The notes beneath the pieces were generated by a model that saw nothing but the letters and a program-made list of their open reading frames with translations, was not told where the DNA came from and searched no databases. From Spirogloea muscicola (taxonomy: Eukaryota), in assembly GCA_009602725.1 (NCBI GenBank), contig WELB01000020.1, forward strand, positions 50,339 to 91,504: a stretch of DNA of 41,166 nucleotides, given 5' to 3'. The position numbers and the translations under genes were made by a program. The stretch's first letter is position 1, and each line of letters begins with the position of its first letter. Shown one piece after another: positions 10,961-23,602 of this stretch.

Positions 10961-13019
10961 GAGTCTCTTTCTTCTTTGACTTGTTCTTTGACACCCACAC
11001 CCCTCCCAGTTGATCTGGCCGCGCTTGCTCCTCCCGCTTCCGACCGTTGGGACGCCCACGCCCGCCGTTCGCGCCGCCGCCGCCGTCGCCGCCGGCGGCG
11101 ACGGCGGCGGCGGCGCGAACGGCGGGCGTGGGCGTCCCAACGGTCGGAAGCGGGAGGAGCAAGCGCGGCCAGATCAACTGGGAGGGGTGTGGGTGTCAAA
11201 GAACAAGTCAAAGAAGAAAGAGACTCGTCTTTGGCTGCACAGCTCCTCGGTTTCACACCCTCCGATCAAGGCTGCACGACAAGCAGATGCGCTTCCGGTT
11301 GAGATGGGCGTGTCAGCTGCTCATCTATCATTCTTGCGCCGTCGTGTGTTGGCCTGTTTGCAGCGTGCTCAGGCTCATGCTGGTCGAGCTCTTGTTGGTG
11401 GCAGAGGAAAGAAAGGCTTGAGAATGTCCATTCGGTATTCAGGCATCGAAGATGGACCTCTATGTGCTGACCCGTGATTACTGAGCGGGTCAGTTTGCTG
11501 TGAAAGTGGCTCTCCTTTACGGGCGCGAGGGCTGTGAACAGCCAGCCTGGAAAGAATGACAAGGTCTGAAGGGGCTGAGAAGCGCTGAAAGACACACGAA
11601 GCAAAAATCATGTACACTAATCACCTCTAGTCAGTAGCCGCAAGTCAGAAAGACTAGCCGCCCGCAGTGGCTGTAAAATGCCAGCCCAGAAAGAATGGAC
11701 AAGGTCCAAAGGAAGTGGCTCTTCCAATGGGGGCAAGGCGCCTCCAAAGAGCCAAAAGGGTGCCGAATGTAGAAATCACACAGCCAGACACGAACCACCG
11801 CATATGGAAGCTTAGTACCCACGAGTGAGCAGCAGCAAGGCGGAGTAACTCGCAGCTGGGAAAGAGGCACTCCGCCTTGATCCAGAGGCAGCAGCCATAG
11901 CGCGGCCTGCTCGCGAGTGGACTAAAAGGGCCGCAAGGCGCCAAGACCACACAGCAATGCAAGAGACTACAGCGATTGGGAGCTTAGCAACCCCGAGTCA
12001 GCAGCCGCAAGTCGGAGAGAAATAGAAGAAGAAGGAAGAAAGAAAGAAAGTGCTCGCCTACAGAGAAGATTGGCTGGCAAAGCCAGCCCAAAAAGAATGG
12101 ACATTGTCCAAAGCCAAAGAAAAGAGGTGTCGAAAAATGATATGAAGGGCTCGCCCATTGAGGATAGGGGCTGGAAAAAGCCAACCCAAAAAAGAATGAA
12201 CAATGGACGAGAAGGGGCCAGGGGAAGTACGAAGAACAACAAGCACAAAAAAGAAACGAAGCAGCTACGAAGCACTCAGATACCCCTGCTAAGCAGCCTC
12301 AGGTGAGAGAGACTGGGTTCCTGGAAGCGGGTCCCCTGGCCAGAGCCAGAGGCAGCAGCGAGGGCTCTGCCTGCACGCAGGTGTAGCGCGCGGGCCATAG
12401 ACCTCTGCAGCGAGACGGCCAAGCGCATGCTGTACACCTGCGCTAGCAACCCTGCTGCATGGGAGTCCACCGGCTCCCCATGGAAGCGGCGGACAATGGC
12501 GTGGCGTGAGAGCTGGTTGAGCAGCTTGAGCCACCGAGCGCCCAGCGCGCCGTGCGTATCGATGGCGAGCGGGAAGAAGTCGTCCTCCCGCGGGTGATCT
12601 GCGTATTTTAGCTCCTTGGCCCGAGCGGCGCAGGCTACCGCATACCGAAAAAGGACTACACTACAGAAGACGAGACGATGCAGAGGGAAGCTCAGTACCC
12701 GCGAGTGAGCAACATCAAGCGAGAGAGCACGCGCTTCCAGGAGAGCAGAGGAAGCAGATGGCCTGCTCGCCCCGCTGCGAGGCAGCGCGTCGCGCAAGGC
12801 GGGCCAACGGATGTAGCCGCGGTGATGTGCGGCATGAGATGTGCTTGCCAGCTTGTACTTGCCCCACTTGGCCTTTCCAAGCTCCCCCTGCCCGACAAGT
12901 AGTCCCTCGTGGGAGCCCACGTGCCCTGGCCAGCCCCCCCCCCCCGTCGGCGCCCGCCATGGCCGCCGCCTTCACGCAGCCGCCTCCGCCGCCGCCCCTC
13001 CCCGTCAGCGCCACCCCCN

Positions 13020-14399
13020 CAGCCCCGCCGCTGGCCGCCCGCCCCGCCGACGCGCTGCCGCTCGTCCGCCAGCTCGCCTCCGACTACCGCGACCGCGCCT
13101 ACTTCGTCACCGGTGCGCCACCTTCGCCTCTCCGCCGCCCGCGTAGCCCGACCTCCCCGCCGCGGCGGCGGTGCCCGTGCTCACGAGGTGGGGCGGAAGC
13201 TCACGGGCAGGGCGACCTCGCCGATGCCCCAGCTCTGGACGAGCCCGCGCATGCAGCGGCGTTGCAGGGGACATCACCGACTGGGCCTACGCTGACGACT
13301 GCCTCTTCGTCGACCCGACCGTGAGCTTCGCTGGTACGCCCTGGCACACTTGCCTTCTGGACGCTTGCTGTGATGTACAGTATGGTGGGTCCATGCCGTC
13401 GCAACGACGACTGGCCGGCATCATGACGATGTGGGCCTATCGGGGCCTATGCACGTTGAGGAAACCGACGGAACTCACAGGACTTCCGCTTTCCCTTGTC
13501 GTGAAGGCCTTCAAGCATGGAAGCGCAACATTCGTCTCATTGTACCCTTCCTTGTGGAGCCCTCCATCCAACTTCTCGATATTGCGCAAGTAGGACATCT
13601 GGGAGGCCTGCACATAGTCGCCTCATACGCCTGCGTCTGCCTTTGCCTGTATGTGTATGCGCTGTTGGTGCAGCAGATGGATGATGCATAGCCAGGGGTG
13701 AAGGTAGCCAAGCGCGAAGCATCACAGGCATGGCGTGACCTGGCTGCTTGAGCTAGAATATACTCTCAACAGTTGACAGCCAGCCAAAGGCAGAGGAGGC
13801 CAGGAAACTTGTGGACACCTCCGTGCGCAAGTCCGACTACATGTAACTAGTGGAACCTGTTGTCTCACCAGCTTGAGGAGCAGGGGACGCAGGTCATCAG
13901 ATCAGAGTGGCTGTTGAGGTGCGGTTTGCCGAGCTCTGTGCCCTCCTGTGCAGAAGACTATCATTATTGGTGTCATTGACAGGCCAGTTAATTCATCGAG
14001 CAGCAGGGGTTGTCCCGAGGAGGTGAGCCGCTTTGGCAGTAAACACCAGTGTGCATCCATGCTGACAAGCAAGGACCGACGTGATCTCTCATGCACTTTC
14101 AGGACATACCTCGCATTTCCTTGGAGACCACTAATTGCAGTCAAGGGCTCAACAGACCACACGCTCGACGACGAAGGCGTCAAGGTGGGAGCTGCAAGAG
14201 ACCTTTGCCTATATCTGCTTGCATCCAGCCCAAGCAGGCCTCGCAGTTGCCACGTGTGCAGTGCATGTGCTGCGTCTTGATATAGCATGTGCATCTTTGC
14301 ACACAGGTTGTTGAACATGAAGAAGTATGGGAGATCTCCGCCCTGGATGCCATCTTGCAGATGTTTGTGCCATCTGACAAAGCTATCTGGAAGCGCTGA
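13020..14399 (+). CDS. DUF2358 / NTF2(SnoaL)-like protein, 5'-partial
   Basis: Exons <13020-13112, 13268-13333, 13507-13589, 13872-13918, 14103-14184 and 14307-14399 splice in frame: AYFVTGDITDWAYADDCLFVDPTVSFAGLQAWKRN...EWLLRTYLAFPWRPLIAVKGSTDHTL...VVEHEEVWEIS...*. Confidence 0.8.
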
Positions 14400-14726
14400 A
14401 ACAAATGGGACGGGGCTATGCCAGTCCTACCACCCTGGCAGTGGAGCCTTGGCCTAAGGTTGGACCACATACGCAGACTGTCGGGTGAAAAGTCATGGAG
14501 CTGCCAAGGACACTTGTGATGACTAGGTTCCACTGCATCCCGTTTGCCTTGTGCAGACTGCTCATGTGGGGTTTGGCACACGAGTCTTGACACATATGTC
14601 TGCTGTGCAGACTGTGTGGTCAACTTTCCGCAAAAAGTGTGCCCTTTGCGGCTTATTCCTAGTGGGCCAAAGAATGGGGGTCTGACTTACAAAATTGTAA
14701 GTCAGAGGAAAGAATGAGGGCAACAC

Positions 14727-17700
14727 CTACTTGGTCATCATGAAACCGCGGACATTGCTTAGAAAGAGACGCACATTATGGCGAAACTTCCTGCAATCTG
14801 CTCGACTCATGGTCAATGTGAGACTGCTTGCATTGAAGAGGGAGTCAAAAGCCAAAGCCAGGCGGTGACGAAGGGCAGCATCGCCTTGATGCTCCAGCAT
14901 CTTGCTGGCGAGCCCCTGACAATAGCAGCACCAGAGAGTTTCAGCTCCTTGCCTATCAAACCCCTCCAGGGCCAACTTTTGCTAAGCATCCAAGATGCTC
15001 CATTGACTTTCATCTGAAGACATACCTTATACATGTCATAGTCACAGAGGATGAGCGCAAAAAGGGCATCAGCTGCAGGCTCTGTGAGCTCCGAGCTGCA
15101 CAAAGCCAGAACTTCAATAACCTGATTCTGATGGGATGTTTGAAGCAAGCCACCTTGATGAGTTGGACACTTGACAATGCAACTGGCAAACGTGCATGGA
15201 AGTGTCCATCCTATGCACAAACATAAAGCAGTCATTCTTGGCTGGTTCTAGCAAGCAGCTACTACAAGCTGGTACTTTCTGCAGCACGGTTGACTACTAC
15301 CTGTAGTCCTGGAAGAGGAGGAAATGGAGAAGTGCATTGAGAAAATGCGACAGCACATCCAGTGTGCATGGCTGGCCCCTCGACTTAGCTGCCAGCTGAT
15401 ATGTGGCTAGTGCAGCAATTGCTGCCAATGTCATGGTAATCACCTGCACATCCTGCCTTCGGCAAGATTGACTTTGTGAGTGTGCCAGGGCTAAATTACG
15501 GTGACAGGAGGTCTACATAGTACTTAAAGGTAGTCCAGAGTGACTCCTTCATGTGACATTGGGCATCTACCAAATAGTGCTTCACAAGCACACTCCTGCG
15601 TGCTTTAAAATAGCAGTGGTAGGGAAAACACTTGCTGACCTGATGTCGTAGGCCAAAATCCAGACAACTGATGATCTGTGTGAAGGCTTGGGGAGGTAGC
15701 GTGGCAACTTTTTCAGGGTACACTTCCAACATATGTGATATGAGAGTGAAGTACTGCAGTCATCGTGCAGGGAGTCCGTCAATGCTGGATCGGCAGTTCA
15801 TCTCTAGTAAGATTCAGAATTCGTTTCTACGCTGAGTTCACTCTCTAGAGGATACTCCTCACATGCGCAGGGGTGTCTCGAGCCGTCCTCATGCCTGCAC
15901 TGCTTCCTACAAGTCAATGCACCTGGCGACAGAGCTTGGGGTACTTGAGTAGCTCAACAGACACCAGAGGTGTCACAGTCTGCAAACCAAAGTAGATGAC
16001 CTGCACAGCAAGAGCACAGATTCACTTTCAGCAGCGTCCTGACAGCAAGATCCCCTGGTGACAGAGACCAGCATTCGTCCCAGGCATGTCACAGGTTCCT
16101 CTGAACATCACCTGAGCGATGTCGACGCCTTCAAAGCCATTGCCGTTGGCTTCGCCAAAGTCAAGCTACAAGAAGCGGCACTGTGACAGGGATGTTAGCA
16201 TCTAAAGACACTGAGGCAATGAGGAGGCATGAGCCCAGCGATGCTACACTAAGCTCTCTGCTGGCACTTTGAGGCCTATATCCGCGTGAAGAAGTATCAC
16301 TACCAGGTCTTTGGAGGTAAGGCTCTGTAGGAGCTGAAGTAATGCACGAACATCTCGGCATTTCTCTGACTGCTCTTCTCTGGCCAGATTTGCAGCTGCA
16401 CCTACGGAGACCTGCCCAAGAACCAACATGTAGCTTGTCAGAGCACTTGCATATGATGCCCTGATTATCTTAACTGCTGCAAGTGGAGAAGTCCATGATT
16501 GTAGAAGGTGGGAGCAGCCAACAACACACGTAAGCAAGTGAGCCAACACCTTGCCAATGTTGTGAGCTGAATAGAGCTGAAGAAGCCGCATACAGAAGCC
16601 GATTAGAGTGCCTGTCTCACGGGTATTCAAATATGCAATCTGCCCGTCGACCCAGGTCGTTGCGTACTTGAGCACCAGGTACACCACACTTGGCTGCAGC
16701 AACATTTACATGCATTTGGTATCAATGCTGCCACATTGCAGGACGCAATCTGGTGCAGCAGGATCTAACACGAAGAGTTGCAGGACATACCTCGTCTTTA
16801 TAGATCTGCAGAAGCGTCAGCACGTGCTCCATGATCGCCACACCTGTTTGGAAGACAGCAACCTGGGTGCGAGGGAGAGTGGCCCTTGCAAACCCCCTCA
16901 ACCGTTCCAAAATCCCCGTCACCTGCAGCCCTGCAGTAGTGTGAGCTCTTACTGCATACTGCACTGTTGACAGGACCATGGCAAATTTCACGAGGTTCTG
17001 AACTTGAAACCTTCATCCTGCACAAGAATACACCATGCAGCAGGACCTCGAAGCCGAGGCACAGGACCAGAACTGGCACAAATTGATCCGAATAGTGATG
17101 CTGGAGGCTGCAGTTGGCACCTCCTGCATGATGTCGGGCCGTTGGGCGATCGAAGACAAATCTGAGCGCTGGGCAAGATTTACAACATCCCTGGCTGTGG
17201 GCTCCACAAGCTGCTTGACATACCTGTCCTTGGCAAGACACTCCTCACGAGGCACATTAATGTGGTTGATGAGCAGAAGAACTCATGACAAGATAATGAT
17301 AGTGTGTGGAGGAGGAACTGCAAGACGAAGTATTCTGGATGCCTTACGACGTGCACTCCTGTGCAGAATGAAATCCTGATGCCGCTTGACAGAGAACCTC
17401 CGCCAACTTATACTGCACCCAAGACACTGTCACGCTACATAAGGGCCTCACACAAATCTCCTGCAGCAAAAACGTCTTGGACCTGCGCAAACCAGGCATA
17501 TCTAGCCAAGCACATCTGTGCTACCTGCAGAGGTGACGATAATCTGGTCAGTGCAGCCCCACGGATGGCAAAGGCTTGCGCCAATTGCTGCCACGGTTCC
17601 TGCAGCCGCTCGACGCAATATACTGTCAGTCACACGACGTGCACAGCTCGCTGCTGACTGCCCTGCCATGCAGTTGAGGCATTGCCACCTACCATCTTGA

Positions 17701-20700
17701 CAACCTGTTGACAAATTTCCTTTCGTTGCACAAGCGAGCGCAGGAGATGGCGGCAAACTGTTCTCTGAAACGACCACACAGAAGAAAATTGAAGATGAGA
17801 ATGTTTCAAAGATGATGCACACCAAGAGCAGCACTGAGAAGCATAGCAAGTCATGCTGCCTTCAAAAGCAACGGCCTAGTGACGAGCCGCACCTGTAGGT
17901 CGGTCTCGCCAGGCCATGCAGTGAGACCAATGAAGGCCAGCTGCAGAACGGCCAGCAGAATCTGGACACCCTTTCCCTCCCCTTGCTCCCCAAATGCCGC
18001 CACCAGAGCAGCACGAGCACCGGTCCCGAGACCATTAACAAGGGTTCCATTTGCCACGCTTTGGCTATGCTGTGCCAGCACGGGCTCGCTTGTGAGTGCA
18101 GGCGGCATCGTGGAAGACGGGAAGAGGTACGTGGCCGACCATCGTCCAAGGTACCAGATGACAGCCTGCACCAGAGAGCCCAAAGCTGAGTACTAAAGGA
18201 GGGGACCTGTGCCAAACCAAGCTGTGCACTCAAGCTGGCTAGACATCTTATGTAACCTGCCTGGACAACTTACCTCCATGAGTCGAGGGCTGAAAATGGC
18301 TGAGCGAATGTCGTTGTCAAGGCCAAGGGCCGCTACTCCAAGTGCTGACCTGAATCATCCCCAGAGTCAGTCAAAGGAGCAGCGAAGCAACACGGGAGGA
18401 GCCAGAAGGCCAGCAACAAGCAGAAGTCTTTTTACGTAGTGATCTGGAGTTGCAAGTGATTGCAGACGAGTGCAGGAGACGAGGACAGTCAGTCCACTGA
18501 CTCGGCAGCGACGACTGCTGGATGCTGGGCTTGTGCCCCATGGTGCTGCAGATTGGCGATCGAATCAGGGACCTGATGCAGCCAAATGCAAAAGGTCAGC
18601 GCAACCAAATTGGTCAGTGAATGTTGCTACTAGAATGCATGGTAGCCAGAGCAGATCAGCATGGCAACCACAAACTGCCAGTGGAACATTGATGGGGCTG
18701 GGGGCAAGGTTGCCAACCATGGGCGTTTCACCAACAGCAGGATCGGCAAGGACATGGCCGGTCATCAGGAGCAGGCAGTGCGCCTGTTCAAGGCCGACTG
18801 TAGGATCTGTCCGCCTGCGCATGTGCTGCCCAAATGCAAGATATTGTCACGTCACGCAGGCCTTCCTTGACCTTGACTCAATAGTAGTCAAGCAAGGCAG
18901 CTGTTGAAGCGTACCTCACCTCCAGCAACCGGTCCCGGCAGTCAGATGCAAGTGCTGCAAGGAGGTGCAATGAGGCAGAGGGTGCAGCCCTTGCAATGAC
19001 AGCCATAGCTGCAAGCCTCTCGTCACGAGCTGGCTCCACAGAAACGAACACAAAGCCTTCCGTTCAGCCATCAGTGAGGAGGCAGCTCGGATGACTTCAC
19101 TCGATCCAAAACAAGGCCGTTCCTTTCCTTCACCGACCTGCTACGGCAGCATCTGTGTGCTCCACTGCGTCGTCCTCGCCATCAGCGGATGATGCAGCAG
19201 CTGTGTGAGTCGGCCGGGGGTTGAGTCAGAGAATTTGCCATAGCTCGCGAGTCCGTGAGCTACAGGAACACTCTTTAGCATTACTCCTAGCATCAGCCAT
19301 TGAAGCAGCCAATTGGTGCACAGTTACATAGGATTGGTCAGGCATCCATGGATTTACCGGCAAGTTCAGCTTCCACAAAGGCGTGGAAGACGCGAGCTGC
19401 AGCTGCAGCAGCTTCGGAGGACACTATATCCGGGCAGCTCGAGCCCTCCTGTTTGAATATAACGGCCATCAGATTGTCGCGCTTGACCAACATGACAGAG
19501 GGCCAATAACTGGAACAGGGCAGTAAGCGGAGGCCATGCCTGCAGGATGGCGAGCCACGCCTCGGATAGCATGTCAAACGCAGCTCCACTCCAAGAGAAG
19601 CGCCCCTCGTCCCCGCCACCTCCATGCGCAATCACCGCGCACGTCATCGTGGCCAGCAGGTCCAGCGAAGGAGCTCCACTGCCACATCGCTCAGAGTCAG
19701 CAGCCCAAGTAGAGAAGGAGCGCAAGCAGGCCATGGCTGCATCACTGAATGCACGAAGGCAGGACATGCTCACTTATCAGGGGAGGCAGGCAGCAGGCTT
19801 TGAAAAACGTGAGGCCCGTGGCGCGTGGCTATGGCAACAAGGACCCTGCAACCATCTACGAACTCGCTGGCCACACCCAGGTGAAAGCCTGGTTCAGCTA
19901 TGGATCAAGGAGCTGCATTTGCAGTTCTGCAGCTAATGTGAGGCCATGGCAGCTTGGTGCCTGTGTGGCGGAGATGCTTACGACAGGCACAAGAGCACGC
20001 AGTTGTGCACGTGCAGCATGACAAAGACAAGACAGACAGGCAAGCCTCACCCATCCCTCCCACCACCAGCGATGGCTGCTGTCACTGCCTCGGGAGGAGC
20101 CAGCCACGAAAGCATGCTCCCACAGATCCGCCTGAGATGCTCGAGCAGCACGTGATTGCCATCTGCGAGCAGCCATTCTGTGTGATTATCTCTCACTGTT
20201 GCTTGCAGAGGACCTGCTAACAAGCAACAGGCGACCATGTCCTGCTCGGTTGTGACCGACATGCAGGCAGTTCAACGCCAGGAGCGAGTAGTAAACCTGC
20301 GGGGAAGACAGGGCCAGTGAGGGAGCTGAGCTGCACTATCAGCTGCCTTGCTGTCACAGCCAGTGGGGCATCGATCCAGGCGTCTGACGAAGCACTGTTG
20401 GCGAGGCCATGTTGTCTCACTCCAGAGTAGAGGTTCACGAGCCAGGCCACTCGTTCTGCCCCCAGCAGCGCCTCTCTCCACTCTTCGCCTGGCTGCTTGC
20501 AAGCCACATTCGCGCACTCCACTCACCAACTGGACTGAGGTCTCCAGAGCTACCAGCATGGATGATGCTCGAGCTCGAGCTGCAGGTCTGGCGGACAGCG
20601 GAGAAACCCTGAACCCTGAACCAGAGTGGCAAGTTCCTGACCTGAAGCAAGCCCCCACCAACGTGGCTGGGAAGGTGCGACTCAGTTGCCTGGGCGCCTT

Positions 20701-22614
20701 GGAAGTCCCAGTTCAGCGCCTGTGACATGGCATGGAGGCCAGCCGCAGCAACCTCCAGGTACAGGCTGCCTTGGTCCTCATTCCCAGAACGAGCCACAGA
20801 CATGAAGGCGGCCTCTTGCGCAGCTGTGAAGAAAGCCTGCAACCCAGTGGCAGAGGGCACTTGTGAATTGATGATGCACCTTCCTTTGTGACTGAAAAGC
20901 ACAATTGGTGCAGACCGAGCTTGGAAGTTGTCAATTATTCACCAGCGAGAGCACGTCTGCAACCTTGGCAATGCCGGCGGCAGAGGCTAGCTAGTGCATG
21001 CCTGCAAGCAGAGCCTCTCGAAGGAGGCTTTGCACTTGGTGTGGAACTCTGTCGGTAGCCTCATCTTGCTCGCAGTGGGGGGAGCAAACTCCACAGTCTG
21101 CAGGACGCAGGGGCCCCCGTATGAGCCTACAGCTGATTGCTCAATGCGAAGCAGCCAATGGAAACTGTGAGGCAGGCACAGCATCTGTGAGAAGCTGGGG
21201 GGGGGGATTGCACACCACCGCTTCCAGCAAGCCAATAGCCACCAGCTGTGCGGTGGGGCCAGATGCCCCTCCAGCTGCGTCCAGCACCTGGCTTTCATGA
21301 GCGAGGAGATGGACAACCACATGGCAACTTCAGCAGATACGTGGGAGGCAGGGTCAGCCAGGCGGGGCGGAAAGGCTGGCACAAGTCGGAGTCCCAGGAC
21401 TCCTCGTTCATTGGCAGCGATTGCTGCTGCTGGTGCTGCTGCTACCGGTCCCGTGCACAGTGGCCCCACGGGGGGGGGAGCAGAAGGAGGGGCTTGACCT
21501 CAGCCAAGAAGCCGTCCCTCTCCTCCCTTGCCATGTCCAGCCTGCAAAGAGCATGCACCATTCCATGGCTGCCAGGTCAGGGGGGTGTACCGACAGGCGA
21601 GGTGCCGCTTGTACACCAGCCTGGCTGGTGGAGTGAGAGCATCAACCAATCATGCAGGTCAACAGGTGGGGAACCCGCATGGGAGAGCACCAGGCGCGCT
21701 TGAGCAGAGATGCGACCACGGCCAGCGCCTTGCCCCGCACGTAGTTCCGTTGCATGTCCTGCCGCGCCATGAGCCAATGCAGGCAGTACCTGCAGGACCA
21801 CACAGCGGGAAACAGCGGATCAATCAGTCGTAGAACTGGAGGAGGCTGGCTGTCGAGGCCAGAGAGGCATAGACCTGCTGCTGCAGGGAGCCTCTGAGGT
21901 GGCGAGACAGGGCCGGCACTTCCACGCAGACGTGGAAGTGCGTGTACGGCTCGAGAAAGGTGAGAGGGAGGTGGAGGGAGCGCGGCGCTTCCACGTCAGC
22001 AGCGGCGGCTGCTGCTGGCAGTCACACGCGGGGCGCGCACCCCACGACCTGCTGTGCCCGCGAACATGCTAGGGCAGATGGCTGGCAGGAAGTGACCTCG
22101 TGGGCAGTTCGCGCCTAGCGACAGCTTACATGCGCAGGCCCGAGCATTCGGCGGGCGAGAGCAGGGCCCACTGGTCGACGGCCGCCTCCTGGAGGTTGGA
22201 CAAGGCCTGGAAGCACGCCATCGGGTTGGCGGACTTGTCTGCAACCGTGCCAGGCGTGGGGAGGGAGGTATGGTGCCGTCAGCACAGGGCAGTGGGGCCA
22301 CGGGCACGGGCAGGAGGCGGGCCGAGGGGGCGGCAGCGGGCTGACCGAGGACGTGGCGGCAGGCCGGGATGGCGGACGGCAGCTTGCGGAAGGCCAGCAG
22401 CGCGGTCTCGGCCTGCGCCCGTCTCTCGGGAACCTGTCGGTCCCAAGACGGACGGGGCAGGCAGGCGGTCAGGGAGGGGAGGGGGGGGCCGGGGGGGCGC
22501 CGTGGGGTGAGCGTGGGGCTCGGGCCTCGCCTGCAGGTCGTTGCAGGCAGCCTCCACGGCGTGGAGGACGGCGTCCAGGCCCGGGCCGCCGGGCCCCGGC
22601 CCGGACGCCTCCAT
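14727..22614 (-). CDS. XPO4: Exportin-4 (importin-beta family), more than 20 exons
   Basis: N-terminus LHAVEAACNDLQ/AETALLAF...ACRHVL/...LLKRAW; EFAPPTASKMRLPTEFH; WYLGRWSATYL; LLQLLQSLTSKDLV; C-terminus FRHNVRLFLSNVRGFMMTK*. These resemble plant XPO4. Internal exon boundaries were not all resolved. Confidence 0.85.
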
Positions 22615-22645
22615 GGGGCCCAGGCGGCGGTCAGCGCCGGCGCGG

Positions 22646-23551
22646 NNNNNNNNNNNNNNNNNNNNNNNNNNNNNNNNNNNNNNNNNNNNNNNNNNNNNNN
22701 NNNNNNNNNNNNNNNNNNNNNNNNNNNNNNNNNNNNNNNNNNNNNNNNNNNNNNNNNNNNNNNNNNNNNNNNNNNNNNNNNNNNNNNNNNNNNNNNNNNN
22801 NNNNNNNNNNNNNNNNNNNNNNNNNNNNNNNNNNNNNNNNNNNNNNNNNNNNNNNNNNNNNNNNNNNNNNNNNNNNNNNNNNNNNNNNNNNNNNNNNNNN
22901 NNNNNNNNNNNNNNNNNNNNNNNNNNNNNNNNNNNNNNNNNNNNNNNNNNNNNNNNNNNNNNNNNNNNNNNNNNNNNNNNNNNNNNNNNNNNNNNNNNNN
23001 NNNNNNNNNNNNNNNNNNNNNNNNNNNNNNNNNNNNNNNNNNNNNNNNNNNNNNNNNNNNNNNNNNNNNNNNNNNNNNNNNNNNNNNNNNNNNNNNNNNN
23101 NNNNNNNNNNNNNNNNNNNNNNNNNNNNNNNNNNNNNNNNNNNNNNNNNNNNNNNNNNNNNNNNNNNNNNNNNNNNNNNNNNNNNNNNNNNNNNNNNNNN
23201 NNNNNNNNNNNNNNNNNNNNNNNNNNNNNNNNNNNNNNNNNNNNNNNNNNNNNNNNNNNNNNNNNNNNNNNNNNNNNNNNNNNNNNNNNNNNNNNNNNNN
23301 NNNNNNNNNNNNNNNNNNNNNNNNNNNNNNNNNNNNNNNNNNNNNNNNNNNNNNNNNNNNNNNNNNNNNNNNNNNNNNNNNNNNNNNNNNNNNNNNNNNN
23401 NNNNNNNNNNNNNNNNNNNNNNNNNNNNNNNNNNNNNNNNNNNNNNNNNNNNNNNNNNNNNNNNNNNNNNNNNNNNNNNNNNNNNNNNNNNNNNNNNNNN
23501 NNNNNNNNNNNNNNNNNNNNNNNNNNNNNNNNNNNNNNNNNNNNNNNNNNN
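22646..23551. other. Assembly gap covering the XPO4/PP2A B'' divergent promoter
   Basis: Run of N. Confidence 0.99.
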
Positions 23552-23567
23552 GCGTCCACCAGCGGCA

Positions 23568-23602
<35 letters not shown>

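Larger units (their letters stand above)
9169..13018. repeat. Zero-spacer palindrome with two 1925-bp arms (centre 11093/11094)
   Basis: ORFs across 9267-12920 have identical mirrors whose coordinates sum to 22187. The centre reads gcc|ggc, a G12 run is mirrored by C12, and the right arm stops at the N at 13019. Confidence 0.95.

Noticed and set aside
1..11000. CRISPR-like repeat/spacer array
   Set aside because: Repeats vary in length, spacing and orientation, encode endonuclease C-termini, sit in a eukaryotic context, and no cas genes are present.
10710..11477. Mirror-image ORFs and a poly-Arg ORF across the palindrome centre
   Set aside because: These are by-products of the palindrome and GCC repeats.
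12959..13112. Apparent in-frame fusion of glnT exon 1 to the DUF2358 gene
   Set aside because: The frame passes through the N at 13019, whose true length is unknown, so it is probably a scaffolding artefact.
23566..23599. (GGC)n tract
   Set aside because: An ordinary poly-Gly coding microsatellite in the PP2A B'' first exon.
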